Shown piece by piece: positions 38,762-52,600 of a DNA stretch of 64,000 bases (positions are counted from its first letter, which is position 1; each line of letters starts with the position of its first letter). Under the pieces are notes generated by a model, which was given only the letters and a program-made list of their open reading frames with translations, was not told the DNA's origin and made no database searches. The stretch is from contig OZ234493.1 of assembly GCA_965153455.1 (NCBI GenBank), positions 35,206,213 through 35,270,212 of the forward strand, in the 5' to 3' direction. The DNA comes from Sphagnum compactum. Taxonomy: Eukaryota. Made by a program: the position numbers and the translations under genes.

Positions 38762-40244
38762 TTTTGAATTTGTTTTTTTTTCATTCATCTTGAGTGAACT
38801 AACAATGAATGATGTGTAATAGCTATTTCCAAATAGCGATAGGCCAAGGCAAATTGACGCCACATTGGGATCATGGTTGAAACCCAAAAACTCGTTTAAA
38901 TGACCATATTAGGCCCCAAAAAATTATTGATTTGAACTTGAGGACCCTGCTTTAGTCAATGGAGATGATGATATTTATAAATATTAGAATATTTATAAGC
39001 AATTTAAATGGGTTTTGGGGTTTTTATCATGATCCCAATATGGGGGTCAATTTGCCTTGGCCAGGTTCTAGCACATTACTTGTGCACATTGTTTAAATTG
39101 TCATACCAGATTTGTCGTCTTATATTGGGACCTTTTTATTATTTTTTTCAAATGAAAGAGGAAATTTTGTTTGGTTTGGATTGGTATGGTTTGAACTTTG
39201 AACACATACTTAACACCGTGGTCCTGGTACGTATTGGGTACTTTTGAAATTTTGTACAGCTTGGTGCTTGTATTGGGTACTTTTCAAAACCTTCATATTA
39301 GGAGTCTTGGTATTGGATCTTTTAAAAACTTTCATTCCACCAAACCTAGTCCAAGATTGATATTTGCCTGATTAGGCAAGTATATATTTATCTATGAAGC
39401 AAGGTAGGGTAAAATAGCCCATAACCAAACACTTAAAAGGTTTAGAGAGTTTGGGCGTTCAGGGAGTACCTCAATTCACCATGGAGTCTAAAGATGAATT
39501 GTAGAGCACTCTTGGCGCTCCCAATGCCGTTTATTGCTTGTCATTGAGTAAAAAATGAACAAGATATCACATCCCAAAATTGGACGCCCTTAATTGTTGG
39601 GAAAAATAGCCAACAAGCAAAGGATTCCCTATGATTAAACACCTTTGATCCTATTTTCATAATAGGGTTGATGAAAAGTAAACACCATGTGTCTTATATT
39701 CAAAATTGGATGAAGGGAGAAACATACATAATTTTATGTAAAATTGTAAATCAACCATCAATAGTTAGGATCGAAAATTTTCAAATAGGGTTTCACATCC
39801 ATGGTGATGGGTGTTCCTTTATTCTCTAAACCTTAATTCCCACAATGCTAACCTTAATTCCCCCAACATTTGGAGGTGTCATGGGGCTTCCCATTATGAT
39901 CTATCTCATTTCCTCTAGTCAGCTCCTTTTGGTTTGGTCTTCAACACTTGGAAGTGTTGCTAGGTTTCCCATTATGATTTCTTTCATCTCCCTTTGGTCT
40001 TAACAACTTCGGAATGACAACTTTGCAATGATAGTGTTTGCACTTAGAGCTCAAGATGTGCACTTGGAGTTAAGCTTCTTGAATTCATTCATGTAGTTGT
40101 TTCTCCTTGCAAGGTTTGACCATGTTTGAATTATTGATGTTTGGGATTTGCTCCATTGTCCATGCTCATGTCTGCTTTGTGTGTGATGCAAGTATGGAGC
40201 ACGACACTTGAACTAGCCAAGGGAGAATGAAAGTTGTTGTGTTA

Positions 40245-41670
40245 CAAGTTTAGTCCTTCTTTTTCCTTCTTCGAGCAAGAGCTTGAACTCCCGTTGTTCT
40301 TACCCTAGTCCTTTTCTCTTTCAAATTCGAGTTCAAGTTGCTACTACCTTAATCTTTTTCTCTCCTCTCCTTGAGTTCATGTTCGAACTGCTACTACCTT
40401 GGTGCTTCTTTCTCTCTTTTCCTCAAGCTTAATTTCGATTGCTACCTACCTTGGTCCTTTTTATCCCCTCTTCTCCTCAAGTTACTAGTACCTTGGTCCT
40501 TTTCTTTCTCTTCTTCTCTCCTCTCTTCAAGTTGATATTACTTTGGTCCTTCTCTCTCTTCTCCTATCCTCTCTTTGAACTATTATTGCCTTGGTCCTTT
40601 TTCTCATCTTGTTTCCTCTCCTTGAACTGCTAGTGTTTTGGTAATTTTTTCTTTCTCCTTTCCTCTCTTCAAACTGCTGATGCTTTGGTCTTTTTTTCTC
40701 TCTCCTGTCCTTTCATGTCCTTGAATTGTTGTTGCCCTTGTCCTTTTATATTTCCTCTCTTCTCTTTAAGTTGTTGCTACTTTGGTCCTTCTTTCTTTTT
40801 GCTCTCCTTGAGTTCGAGGTGAAGTTATTATTGCCCTGGTCCTTCTTTTTTTTTCCACTCCTCTCCTCAAACTTAAGATGATGTTGCCTTAGTTTTTCTT
40901 TCTTTTTCTTCTCCTCGAGCTCAAGTTCAAGATGTTGCTACCTTAATCATTTTCTCTCTTTCTCCTTTCCTTTCCTTGAGTTGTTGTTGCCCTAATCCTT
41001 CTTTTTCTCTCCTCTCTTCTCCTCTCCTTGAGTTACTATTGCTTTGGTCCTTCTCTCTTGTCTCCTCTCTTCTCCTCAAATTGCTACTACCTTGGTCCTT
41101 CTTTCTTTCTCCTCTCTTCAAGTTCAAACTCAATTATTGTTTGCCTTGGATTTTTCTCTTTCTCTCCTTTCCTCTCCCTATTATTGCCATGGTCCTTCTC
41201 TTTTTCTCCTCTCCTTGAGCTCGAAGTATTGTTGCCCTAGTCCTTTTTTCTTTATCCTCTATTCGAGCTTGAATTATTGTTACATTGGTCCTTCTCACTT
41301 TCTTCTCCTCGAGCTTGAGGTTGAGCTCTTGTTGCCTTGGTCCTTTTCTCTCTCCTCAAATTCGAGCTATTGTTACCATGATCCTTTTCTCTTTGCTCAA
41401 ACTCCTTTTTCTTCTACTTGACTCAAGCTGTTATTACCATAATCCTTCTCTTTATCCTCTCCCTGAGCTCAAGCTCAAGCTGTTGCCTGCCATTGTCCTT
41501 CTTTTTTTCTCTTCTCTTCAAGCTTGAATTGTTTTTTGCCTTGGTCCTTCTTTCTCTTTCTCCTCAAGTTCAAGTTCGAGCTATTGCTTATTTTGGTCCT
41601 TTGCTCTTTCCTTGAACTATTGCTTGACCTAGTCCTCTTCTCTTTTTTCGAGCTCAAATTGTTGCTTGCT
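40245..41670. repeat. Pyrimidine-rich degenerate minisatellite, ~45-55-bp units over ~1.4 kb
   Basis: Recurrent TTGCTACCTTGGTCCTTCTTTCTCTCCTCTCCTTGAGCTCAAG-like unit; it explains the overlapping L/F/S-rich ORFs here. Confidence 0.9.
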
Positions 41671-42365
41671 TTGATTAGGGTTGTCACAATGTATGTGCAT
41701 TCATCATGAAGTGATGGATGCATCTAGACCTAGGCACACCTTTACATCACGTCAATATAGGGTCAACCTAAGTCAACCTAGGGTCAATTTAGGTCAAAGG
41801 CACTAAAAGTTGCCCGAGGCAAGGTTATGGGTGATCAAAATTGGACCCATTTCGGTCACCATAAACCTTAAGGCAACTAATTGTTTTTGGTCACTACTCA
41901 TGTGGCAATTGAAAAAAATTCAATTGCCACATGATTGGCAACAAAATGTTTTCGATTGCCAAAGTTGTGATGATTGAAAACATAATGTTGCTAATCATGT
42001 GGTAACTCAATGTTTTTCGTTTGTCGTACATTTCTAGATCTTGATTGTTTGATTGACGATGGATTGATTTCCACCATTGATTTGGTGACAAAATTTGGTC
42101 CTGCTTGGTAATAAAATGTAGACCTTGCTTGTCAATACTCATTTTTTCCTTCAATGAGGTGTGTGGGCCTTGTGTTGTTTAAGATTAACCATTGCCATAT
42201 ACCTTGAAAGGGAGGGGTGAAACTTTTATGGATGTTTGAATTTCAAATTGTCATATTGCATTTGTAATTGATGTTGAATTTCAATTGTAGCCTTGAAGGT
42301 GGAATTCGATTTTATTGTTGAATACCTTAATTATATCAATCAAGCTTATGGTTTTTGTGTACAAA

Positions 42366-42560
42366 GTTTTATCGATGGAAGGAAGGCAGAATGTGTGGAA
42401 TCCATGGTATTTGATGTTAAAAGACAAGTTAAGGAAGGTGGAATGCAAGTTTTGCAACAATGTTATTTCATACTACAAGGACAGAATGTACTTCCATTTG
42501 GGCTATCAATATGATGGCAATGGGTGAATTAAAGTTGCAATGTGTTCAAAGGCACGTTAA
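42366..42560 (+). mobile_element. BED zinc-finger remnant of a hAT transposase
   Basis: NVWNPWY...KVECKFCNNVISYYKDRMYFHLGY...*IKVAMCSKA fits the W...CxxC...HL...C pattern of hAT BED fingers; truncated, with a stop. Confidence 0.65.
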
Positions 42561-44828
42561 TAAATACATTAAGTCTTTTACTTATGAATAATGTTATTAA
42601 AATATGTCAATGGCTTGAAGTATCCCTTATACTAGGAAGGTTTTGATTTTTTGCTTAAGTTTCAAATTTAGATAATCTCTAAAAAAAAACTTCCAAAAAA
42701 TTAAGATGAAGAAATCTTCAAATGATTAAAAAGTTTAAATATTAAGTAAATGTTGGAAAGAAAAAAGACCAAGCCCACGCTCCACAAAGTGGAAGAAATC
42801 TTCCAACTTGGAGGAAAACCCTTGGAATCTTCTACTTGATTATTTTTTTCAAAAAAAACAAAAAAAAAAAACCAATGCTCTATGCCTACTTATAGGTGTA
42901 TGATCTTGCCCACTTTTAAAAAGTAGGTGTGAGAATTAAGAATAATTCTCCCTTCCCATTCCTCCCCCCCCCAATCTTAATATCTACATGAGTATGTTTA
43001 AGTTCATGCCTTATGATGGGTGAAGCCCACAAGTTGGGGACATTCCCAATATGCTAGCCCACTCTCCACTACTTCCTCATATTATACCCCTTATTTTGGA
43101 AATGCCCACACCTCAAGACTTTACCTTACTCATAAACGATGAAATTCAAATATGTGTTAGTTGATGGGAATACGAGGGACCTAACAAATTATACAATGTT
43201 GTTAACATTTTTTTCAATGAATTATTTGTATAGAGCAAGGATTGAGCCCTAATTTTATGATAATTGCTATTCATTTGAGAGGAGGAAGAAAAGAAGGAAC
43301 CTTTCTACACATAAGGTGCCAACAACTATTGAGACAAAAATTTCAAGATAAGGCACCTTCACATACACCAAATAAATGTTACATTCTTTTCACTTAAATA
43401 CATAATTTGTTTGAAAATATAATTAAAAAATTGGGAAGTTTTGACATTATGAACTACCATGACCACATGGTCAAAACATGGGCACATGAGTCATGATGGA
43501 TGACCTAATCTCATAAGAACCTTTGTTTTAAAACCAATAATCGAAATGGCCACTAGTGTTGACCTAATTTATATGGAGTTGAATCTAATGAAAGTTTACA
43601 TTGGGCACACAAATCTTTCATCAACTAAGGATCACCCTCCATTGAAGTTACACCATGTTTGAATACTAATGGACCAAAATTTAAATTGTGGGAAGAAAAT
43701 GTTAACTAATGACTCCAATTTTGGGTCAATTGGGTTTTAAGGTTGGGTTTGATTTCAATGGACATTTAGTAAATTATGGTTGGACTAGGTATACTTTTAT
43801 ATTTTTGGATGAAATGATGGGTTGGTAGAACTAAAAAATAATGGCTTTTATTCATTAGTTAACTCCAAACTTCAAATGAAATTTGGATTTTAGTTTCTTA
43901 AAATTTCATGTTTTCGGAAAAATTCCAAGGCTTGATGAACTTGGGTTATTACTTACTACCATAGCTTGAAAAGATACGGGGTTCATAAGAGGGGCATATA
44001 CAACCTATGGACCATCACTTCAACATGTCGTATATGCGGTAAGTATTTTGAAAAACATTATGTTACATTTGGCACAACTTGAAAGTAATTATCTTCATAA
44101 CCCATCACTAACTTACTGTAGGTTTGATATTTGTAGTTTCTGAAAATAATATATTTCTTGTTTGATATGTGAAAATTTAAGGGAATTGTTACTTTGGATG
44201 CCAATTTTTTTGGAACTAAACCAACTTTCTATGGCACCTAAATTTTCTATTGTATCACAATATTTGGTTTTAGTGGAAATTATTTATCCTCGATTTTGCT
44301 TAAAGAAACAATTTAAAATGTTGTAAAAGATCTCATTCTATTAGAGGTTTAGTGTAAAAAGAACCTACCAAAGAGGTTTTTTTTTTTTGGGTCAAAATTT
44401 CATTATTTTATTTTATTTTTGTTCGTCAAAGTGAAATTTGAAGATTAAAATGATTATTCATCACTCTAGTGCCAAACCTAAAAAGGTATTGAACTGTACA
44501 ATACTTGAATCCTATACACATCCACTACATAAGCATGTTTTGGTTTTCTTCGTTATTGGGGAACTATCACTTTTCATATTTGATGGGTGTATTAGTTGTG
44601 GGGTTTTTTACATCAACCATGTGTTATTTAATATACAAATTTGTAATTTTAAAAGGTGGGGTGGGGGAAGGTGGGATTGATGATGCAACTCTTTGGAATA
44701 TCGTTCTAAGTTATTTTAAAAATTTGACAAGGATTTGGGCAAGTTTTATTTTTGGAAACTTTTCACCTTTTAGCAAAAAAAAGTTCAAAAAAAAAATATT
44801 ATGTTAAATATTTTCAAATTTTGTTGGA

Positions 44829-44859
<31 letters not shown>

Positions 44860-46407
44860 AGCATGGGTAAATATTGTAACAAAAAGAGAAGTGATTTTTT
44901 TCCCATTTGATTCACTTTTCAATATTACAAGAAAACATAAAACAATGTGAAAATAAATAAATAAATAAATGAATTCCCTGATTTTGGGCCTTGCATAGTA
45001 TAATTTTTTTGTTTGTTAGCCCATTTTAAATCAAGGATTAGCTTTTCCAAAGCAAGATACCATTGTACAAGGGTGGCTTCAACACATTTTCGACAAATAA
45101 CAAATTAAATTTGAAGATTCCATATTGAAAAAAAAAAATAATCAATAGATTCTTCAATTTCTCTTCACAAAATAAATTATTTTGAGAAAAGTAATTTTTG
45201 GAAATTTTCAACATTTCTAAAAGTAATATAATTCGTGTCGAAGCCACCAAGGTACTACGGTAATCAACTTCCAAATACATATCAAGTTTCAACTACTAAA
45301 TGGTGAAAAGTTCCAATATTGCTTAACATGGTGAAATGAGGTTAATAAATTTAGGGCAAAAAAAACACAATGATGTGATGAAATTTTGAAGAACACACCA
45401 CAAGTATGAATGATGTTTAACATTGGTTAATTCTTAATTGGGTCCATTAAAATTAACAAAAATCTTGAACTTATATTGTCAAAATTTCAAGGAATTGAAT
45501 ATCAAAATTTTGAAAAATAGTAGATTTCAAAGCCAAACATCGATGTTAAAAGTTTTCATAAATGAAAAACAAAGTCAATGTTTAGCATGCATTTTTGTTT
45601 ATCCTTATTTTTTTCTCTCACAAAAAAAATTAAAAAATCTATTATCTTTGTAAGTGTGAACTAGATTACAAATTTCAAAATGATAACTTAATATTATTTA
45701 TTGATTAACATCACGTGTGGACATGTTGAAAAATTAATGTTTAGAAGGTTGATTGGAACTTGCAATGTTATAAGTTGTAGTATGGTGATTTGTGACTCTT
45801 TGTTGATATTACTCAATCTTCCGATTAGATTCCTAAAGCTAAGAAACCTAAGATCAAAAACCAAATTGCTATAGTTGATATTATGATGATGGAACAAGAG
45901 AATTTTATTTCAAGAAGAGAATTAGAACAACGTCAAACAGGAAAAAAATTAAAAATTTAAATCAACACAAAGGAAGTCTAGGCACAACAATTGCGTACCA
46001 CGTGACATTGGATGAATGCCCTTGTCTAGAGTCTTGACCGAACAACCTTCCCACAAAAAAATTTCCCATTTGATTTGGGTCTTTGAAACCCTAAAACCCA
46101 AACCAGCTATTGAAGAAGAAGATGCAAACTAACCCATCAATTGCAAAATACACCTTCTTTGCCTTGAAAATTTGCACAACTATCAAGGCATCACTTTTAT
46201 CTACGGGTTACAATCTTGTCGAGGAACATTAGCTTGGTTGGTTGGCTACATCAGACTCAATTCATCGTAATAGCATTACCTAACAGCTCATGATATGTAA
46301 TCCAATATTCTCTCTTTTGAAGACATGCACCACAGTACTCGTTGCAGCACATCTCACAAACAAAAACAACTCTTCAGAATTTGGTTCTCACCTTCGGGGA
46401 GAGCTTT

Positions 46408-49400
46408 TTATGTAAATTTTGGCTTCTTAATGTAACTTGTCAACCAGCTTTTGCCATTGATAAAATTTACAGATAAGAAGGGCTTGGCCTGCGTGGGAGT
46501 TAGGTTCAATGCCCATGGTACTCTTTGACTTGTGTTTGCACCCGGTCCATAACACTTGTACTGTCCAAAAAACACTTGACTGTTCCACAAACCCAACAAT
46601 CAAAAAACACAAAACGTCAAAAGATGTGTTAAAGGGGTTAAGGGATGCACAATGAAAGTGTAGGTTTAAGGACCCAAGTAAGAGGGTTCACAGGTCTGAG
46701 CTTTTTGAATAAAGGCAGTAGCCCCAGTGAACAAGGGTGAGAACCTGTGAATCCCCTCCTGCATGGGTCCTCCCTTACCTTTCATTAAAGAAGAAAGAAG
46801 TGGGTTTAACCAGGGATGTAACTACTTTTTTAATAAGCAAAAAAAAACAAAGACTTACTGATCTCGTTGGGGGAAACCAAAGTCACTCCAGCCTCCAGGG
46901 TAAATAATGTCATTCATGTAAGTGTAGGAGTACACGGTGCGAGAAAAGTTCCCCCATGCCCGGCCCAAGTAAATTTGAAGCCCTTGCCCATCAACCTGGC
47001 AATCCAAAAATGAGAATCCTGTGTGCATGCGGGATTCATTTCTCTTCTGGGCAGAGAGTGAACCAAAGGAATCTGCAACCTCCAGAAGATGGCAACCCTG
47101 CCCGACCCCCCCACAACAAACCCCATTTTCATCAATGTCCTACTCTTCACCAACATTGGACCATATTCTATCGTAGTAAAATCAGACTAATGATATACTA
47201 GAGATGGAGCCAAGCTTCCTAAGATGGAGTGTGAATGGCTCGCCCACCATATGCAAGCCAGTTAGATCTAGCCTACGGTGGGCATGCCAGGCATTACCTA
47301 CCTAACAACAGTTCTCTCCAGTACATACCTTCCAAAATCATGATAATTATTGCTAAGAAATTTTTGATCTTTAGCTTTGCTGAATAATCTAGGCAATTGT
47401 GATTAAACAGAACACTCAAAATGGGGAACCAAAAATATAAAATGGACAAAGCCATTTTTGTAGGCCTAAGCAATTGGGTCTTCTAGATATCAAATGCAGA
47501 GTAAGCCATCTTCCATCCACTATTCAAAGAGTGAGGGGGATGGAGGGTTATGTTTCAACATACCCTGTAAAGAGAGCGCCCATTTCCGAAAATGAAGTCT
47601 ATTGAACCCACAATCAAACTGCTCTCAAAGTAGTGCCGCCCATTGTGGTCATAGAGTGTGTCCTGATATATACATAGAAATAAAAACAAAACAAAACACA
47701 ACAAATTTCAATAGTACTCAAAAATTTGTCGGTGAAGAAACAAGCTTTCTGAAATGACAAAGTAAAGTCAAAACAGAACATCCACATGATGCACATCAAG
47801 TTGCTCTTCTATTAGAGCAAACAAAATCACATAATAGCTCTGCCCCTTCAAGCAAGTTCAGCAACTGTTAGTAAGGAAATGCTCCATGAAGTTCACTGAA
47901 AAATGAATTTAAATATTGACTCGGAAAAATTTCATGTTGGGTTTGAAGCATGCAAGAAAGCACAAACTAATTTAAGCACCTGGTTGGTGCTATTTTGTAG
48001 AAGTAGAAAATTGTTTGCCAATCAAGTTTTTACCTGGTATCCATAGAAGGAGCAGTTGTAGAAAGCAGCTCTGTCTGCAGAGATGCGCATTGCAACAGCT
48101 TGCTTCAATATTGCACCAGGCGCTGGCTGTGGTGCTGAGTTCTGAGCTCGTACCAAAAATACACATCAAGAGAGAGATTAGAGATGAGAAAGAATGAGAT
48201 GTAGCTTGTGGCCAAATTTGGCTAAATCTTCCAGCGGATCATCACCATTTTGGTTACATCACAAAATGGACAAAAAGGAACACTGGTGGAAAGCAGCTGG
48301 GAGGGAGGGAGGGAGGAGGGATCCGTAGGCAGGCTAATTACAGTGTACATACACACATACCCTGAACTGAACTCCTTTGGCAATGAACCACTCGGAGCTG
48401 ATCCCGACTGTGGCGCTGCGGTACGTCTTCAACAGAACGTCAGCGTCGTCGAAGTCGCCAGCCGTGTCGTTCCATGTGATGATGGTCTCGTTCATGCCTT
48501 CTCCCAGAAATGTGATGTATGGTTGCGTCGCGTTGATGGTGACCTTTTCCCTGAAAACAATTGTAGCAATATGGTCATCAATGCAGCACCCACCCCGGCC
48601 GGAAGCAAAGAAAAGATAAGCAACCAACCAAAATCTTTTGATCAGTGAAGTTCTTAGAGAGCATCTCCACCGGCGCTCAGTACACTACACCGGCGGACCC
48701 TACACTAGAAATCTTGGTTGAGGTACAACAGCCAAATCCGGTGGACTCACAGGAAGACGGCTGTGACCCTGAAAAAGTGCACAGCTTTCGGAGCCCTCTA
48801 ATAAACACACGTAAAATCATATTCATTGACTACTCTCTGTGGATGTTCTGTAGTGGTCTGTCACATACTGAGCAACGCTGGAGATGCTCTTATGCAAAGA
48901 AGCTAAGCTAGCTGCAAGCTCAAGCTAGACTGCAAGCTAGCCGATTCCTCAAGAGACCTACCCAGTATACAGATCCCTAGACATATATTGCAGCTGACTC
49001 AATGGGTGGAGGAGGATCAAAGCATCAAAAGCTGGCAAGCTTGACAAACATCCAGAGGAAGAAGAAATTCATGCAAGCATTGCATATTCAGCTTGAAGCG
49101 ATTTTTCTTAGCTTTGAATGTCTTACTCGTAAACGCCAGCTATGATCTTGATGATTGTCCTGTAGGTGGCGCCGGGTTTAATGGAGTTGAGAGCTTCATT
49201 GATGGTCTTGAAATCGCCCTTGCCGTCTTTGCACACTGTAATCTTCTTGGGTTTCCCTGTCGGAGGTGGCTTCACGCCTATGCTGTCGTAATTCTCCTTG
49301 GGCGCCTTGCTGCTGCTGCTGCTACCTTTTTCACTGCTACTACTGCTGCTGTGGTGTTTGTCCTTCTTGTCGTCGTCTTTCCCGCGTTTTCCTCCTCCTT

Positions 49401-49674
49401 CTCCTGCAGAAAGATTGGGTATGTCGTCACTGCCAGTATCTGCAGCGCCGGGCGTCGTCTCGTCGGAGTCGGAGGTCTCTGCCATCTCTTGTAACCATGC
49501 GGTATAATCATCTTGCGGTACATTGTCTGACACGCCGACGTCCGTCGTCGTCGGCACTTGATGAGAGAGCTTGACACCCGCCATCAATGCAACAAGAAGC
49601 AGGGCGAGATACCAGCTGCTGCGTATCACCACGTACTGTGGAAGAACCACCCTACCACGTCTAGTCCCTGCCAT
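46408..49674 (-). CDS. PME: Pectin methylesterase without a PMEI domain, 451 aa; exons 49674-49127, 48550-48361, 48141-48034, 47662-47564, 47097-46859, 46579-46408
   Basis: All introns GT-AG and in frame (548+190+108+99+239+172 = 1356 nt). Motifs [39 protein letters not shown] and YKCYGPGA are intact; N-terminal hydrophobic segment present. An upstream in-frame ATG exists at 49743. Confidence 0.95.
48658..48890. mobile_element. Tourist/Harbinger-type MITE in PME intron 1
   Basis: TIR AGAGCATCTCCA / TGGAGATGCTCT; subterminal GTCACATACTGAGCA is shared with 56529-56915. Confidence 0.75.
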
Positions 49675-52600
49675 TTTCAAGCCTGCAGCACAACATTTGC
49701 GAACGCAAATCAGCAGCTCGTGCTTGCATGAGAGCAGCAGCATTGCGTGTAATATTGTACCAGCTCCTCAGCTGTCTCTACTAGCTAGTCAGTCTCTCGC
49801 CAGACAATGACCTCACAAGCTCCTCTTCCAAAAGAAATGCAGCTTGTAGCAAACCGAAAACAAAACAGCAGATCAGAGACGGAAGCGGCATCCTCTGGGA
49901 AAACCAACCTGCAAAAACAACAGTATTTCCGTAGCGGGAAGCTCGATCGTGAGAATACTAGTTCGACAATTGCAAACCTGAACTGCAGCTAGGTCACCAA
50001 GCCGAATAACCAGCTTGCTTGCTTGCTTGCTGTAAGGTTGGAGCTTAACCGGTAGTCAACGTAGCTTAAATGTGCAAACCTCTACAGCAAAATTGCAAAA
50101 CAGCGTGAGCTGCTTTCATTTGCAGCTCTCTCGCTCACTAGCTCACTCATGTACATGAAGAAGAATCTAAAGAGGGGGGGAGAGGGGGGGGGGGGGGGGG
50201 GAGGAAACAGAAAGAGTTCCGACTCTACTCGTGAGTGTGAAGCTGTGAGACACGGAGAGTGAGCTTCTCCTTTTTAGACAGCGAGAGAGAGAATGGGGGG
50301 GGGGGGGGGGGGGGGAGTGTACGAGGGTGGCGAGGAGAGAGCTCCAGCGCGACAAAAGTGGAGCTAGAAAAACATAAATTTTGCCGACGTTTTGTGCTGC
50401 TGCCACCACCACTTCGTCATCACTATCATCCCGGCCCGCGCTTTGCAATCACGGTCACGATCATCACGCCCACCACAACACCCATTCTCCCTCCCCTTCC
50501 CCCACCGTCATCAACGGAACGGCAGTGCCCGCACTGGTCTGCCAATTACGACGGCCTTCTCCTTTCCCTCCTCGACTGCCAGAAAGCGTCAGAGAGCGTG
50601 TCAGTAAGCGAGAGCTTCGGCAACGGAGTCCCTTCTCTCCTTCCCTTCCTCGACTGTCAGGGAGTGTTGTCAGAGAGCTTCGGCCAGCGGACACCGAACA
50701 CGTACGTACTTTGGCTGGGTTCGAGCGCACGACCCTTGTGCTGCGGTGACAAGGACTTTGCCAGTAGACCAGTCAACACAGTATGGCTCAAAACTCATAC
50801 CTAATTAAAACCAAAAGACAGGGGGGCGGGAGAAGGGTGGACTAGGGAGCAGGGATTTTTGTTTTGTTTTTTTCAATTGGGGAAATTTTCCAAAAAACAT
50901 AGCAAAATTAGTGGAATTTACACTAACGCTTCTTTCCCCCAAATTTTCCACTTTTCAAAGTGGAGAAAACCACAATTTGTCAGAGGAAAAAACACTGGTG
51001 GGAACTCAGCAGTGTTTGGTTTTTTGGGCAAATTCATCATATCGAATATCTGTTGAAATTTTCCAAAATTTTAGCTTAAATTATTAGTAGAAGTTTCATT
51101 TTAGAAATATTTTCCAAAAAACTCCGTTTTTGTCATTTTGTCTCTGCCCAAAAGGAGACAAAAACATCATCTTTTGATGAGAGTTGATCACATTTTAGTT
51201 TGTAAGATGTTGTGGGTAAATATTCCACTGATGTAGGAACTGGTTTATATGGAGTTCTTTGCAAAAAGTTTAGTATGTTACTTTTACAAGACAATTCAGA
51301 AATAACTACCTCATTTTCAAGCTTAAATATTTCATAACTACTTACTTTATTATTATTTTTTCCTTATTAATTTCCATAATAACTATCTCTGGCCTTTCCT
51401 AAATAACTACCTCCATTTTATAACTACCTCACTCAAAAAAACAAATTAACATGTGCCTTTTCATGTCCATGAAATGTGTATTAATTAAATTGTCCACTAA
51501 CAAGCTCTTAATGGGCTTATTATTTTGTGTCCTTTATTTATTTATTTGGTTTCACACCAATTTTGAACTCACCAACCTCTCCAGAGGCAGTCAAGATATC
51601 TACCATTAGCCTGCTTATGAACATTGTGTAAAAGTAACGCTCCTAGAGCCCAATAGAGAAGAGCTCCTAATTGAGTAAATAAGAGTACACACCTTATGTT
51701 AGGTTAAGGGGTAGAGTTCTAATGAGTAGCGCTCATTAGGGGATATATTAACATCTTGCTTGTGTGATTGGATGGATCTAGCATTTGTTTTGGGGCAAAA
51801 TTTGCCCTTTTGTGAGAGAAAGGCTCAACAACTAACTGTACAAGGAATATTTTTTGATAATCTTTGGCCAAATTTCAAATTTAAAAAAAAAACTATTGCC
51901 ATATTTCTATCATAGGTTCCAACATGGAGCCAAAATATAGAAAGGATTTCTAAGAATTTTTACAAGCAGATTTGAATTGTTGCCAAATTTGACTGTAAAT
52001 TAATGCTCACTAATCTAACAACATCCCAAAATTGTATTGAAATTTTTTTGGCTGAACCTTTCATGTTTTGCCTTCATATAAAGAAATGATAGAGTTTCGG
52101 TTGTTGACTTGTTTATTTTAAATTTATAAATAAGTTTTGGGTTTCAATTTATCTATGAGGGGTGTCTATTCTAATGTTAGGCGAATATATGGTATATTGT
52201 ATTATTAGTATGGTAAGTAGAATCCTCCAAATATAAATCAACTTCACAATGGTGTGGGTATTAAACAAATTAATGAATCCTTTTGCCATTGGCCCAAGTA
52301 TATTGAACCTCTTGTAAGGTCAATATTGTTTTGGTTGAAGTGAGCTTAATTTTAGAATTCTTATGGAACCTTGTTGAATTTAGTGTAACTTTCAATTTCT
52401 TTTAAAATAAAGTTTAATTTAATAACTAATAATTTAAATTAAATATGCTAGTCAAATAATTGAGGTATCCTTGTATTTTTGCCTACATGCTAAAAAATGT
52501 TAGTGAAATACGGTGACCCTTTTTGAAAAGAAATTTGTTGAATTTGGGCCCTTTTTTCCCTTAGTATAGGTTGAAATGAGATTTTTCAAGTCACAAAAAA

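Noticed and set aside
40439-41723. Several overlapping hydrophobic ORFs suggesting membrane proteins
   Set aside because: They are translation by-products of the CT-rich minisatellite.
50259-50804. 181-aa plus-strand ORF
   Set aside because: Non-ATG start, low complexity from G/C runs, no domain; more likely PME upstream sequence.
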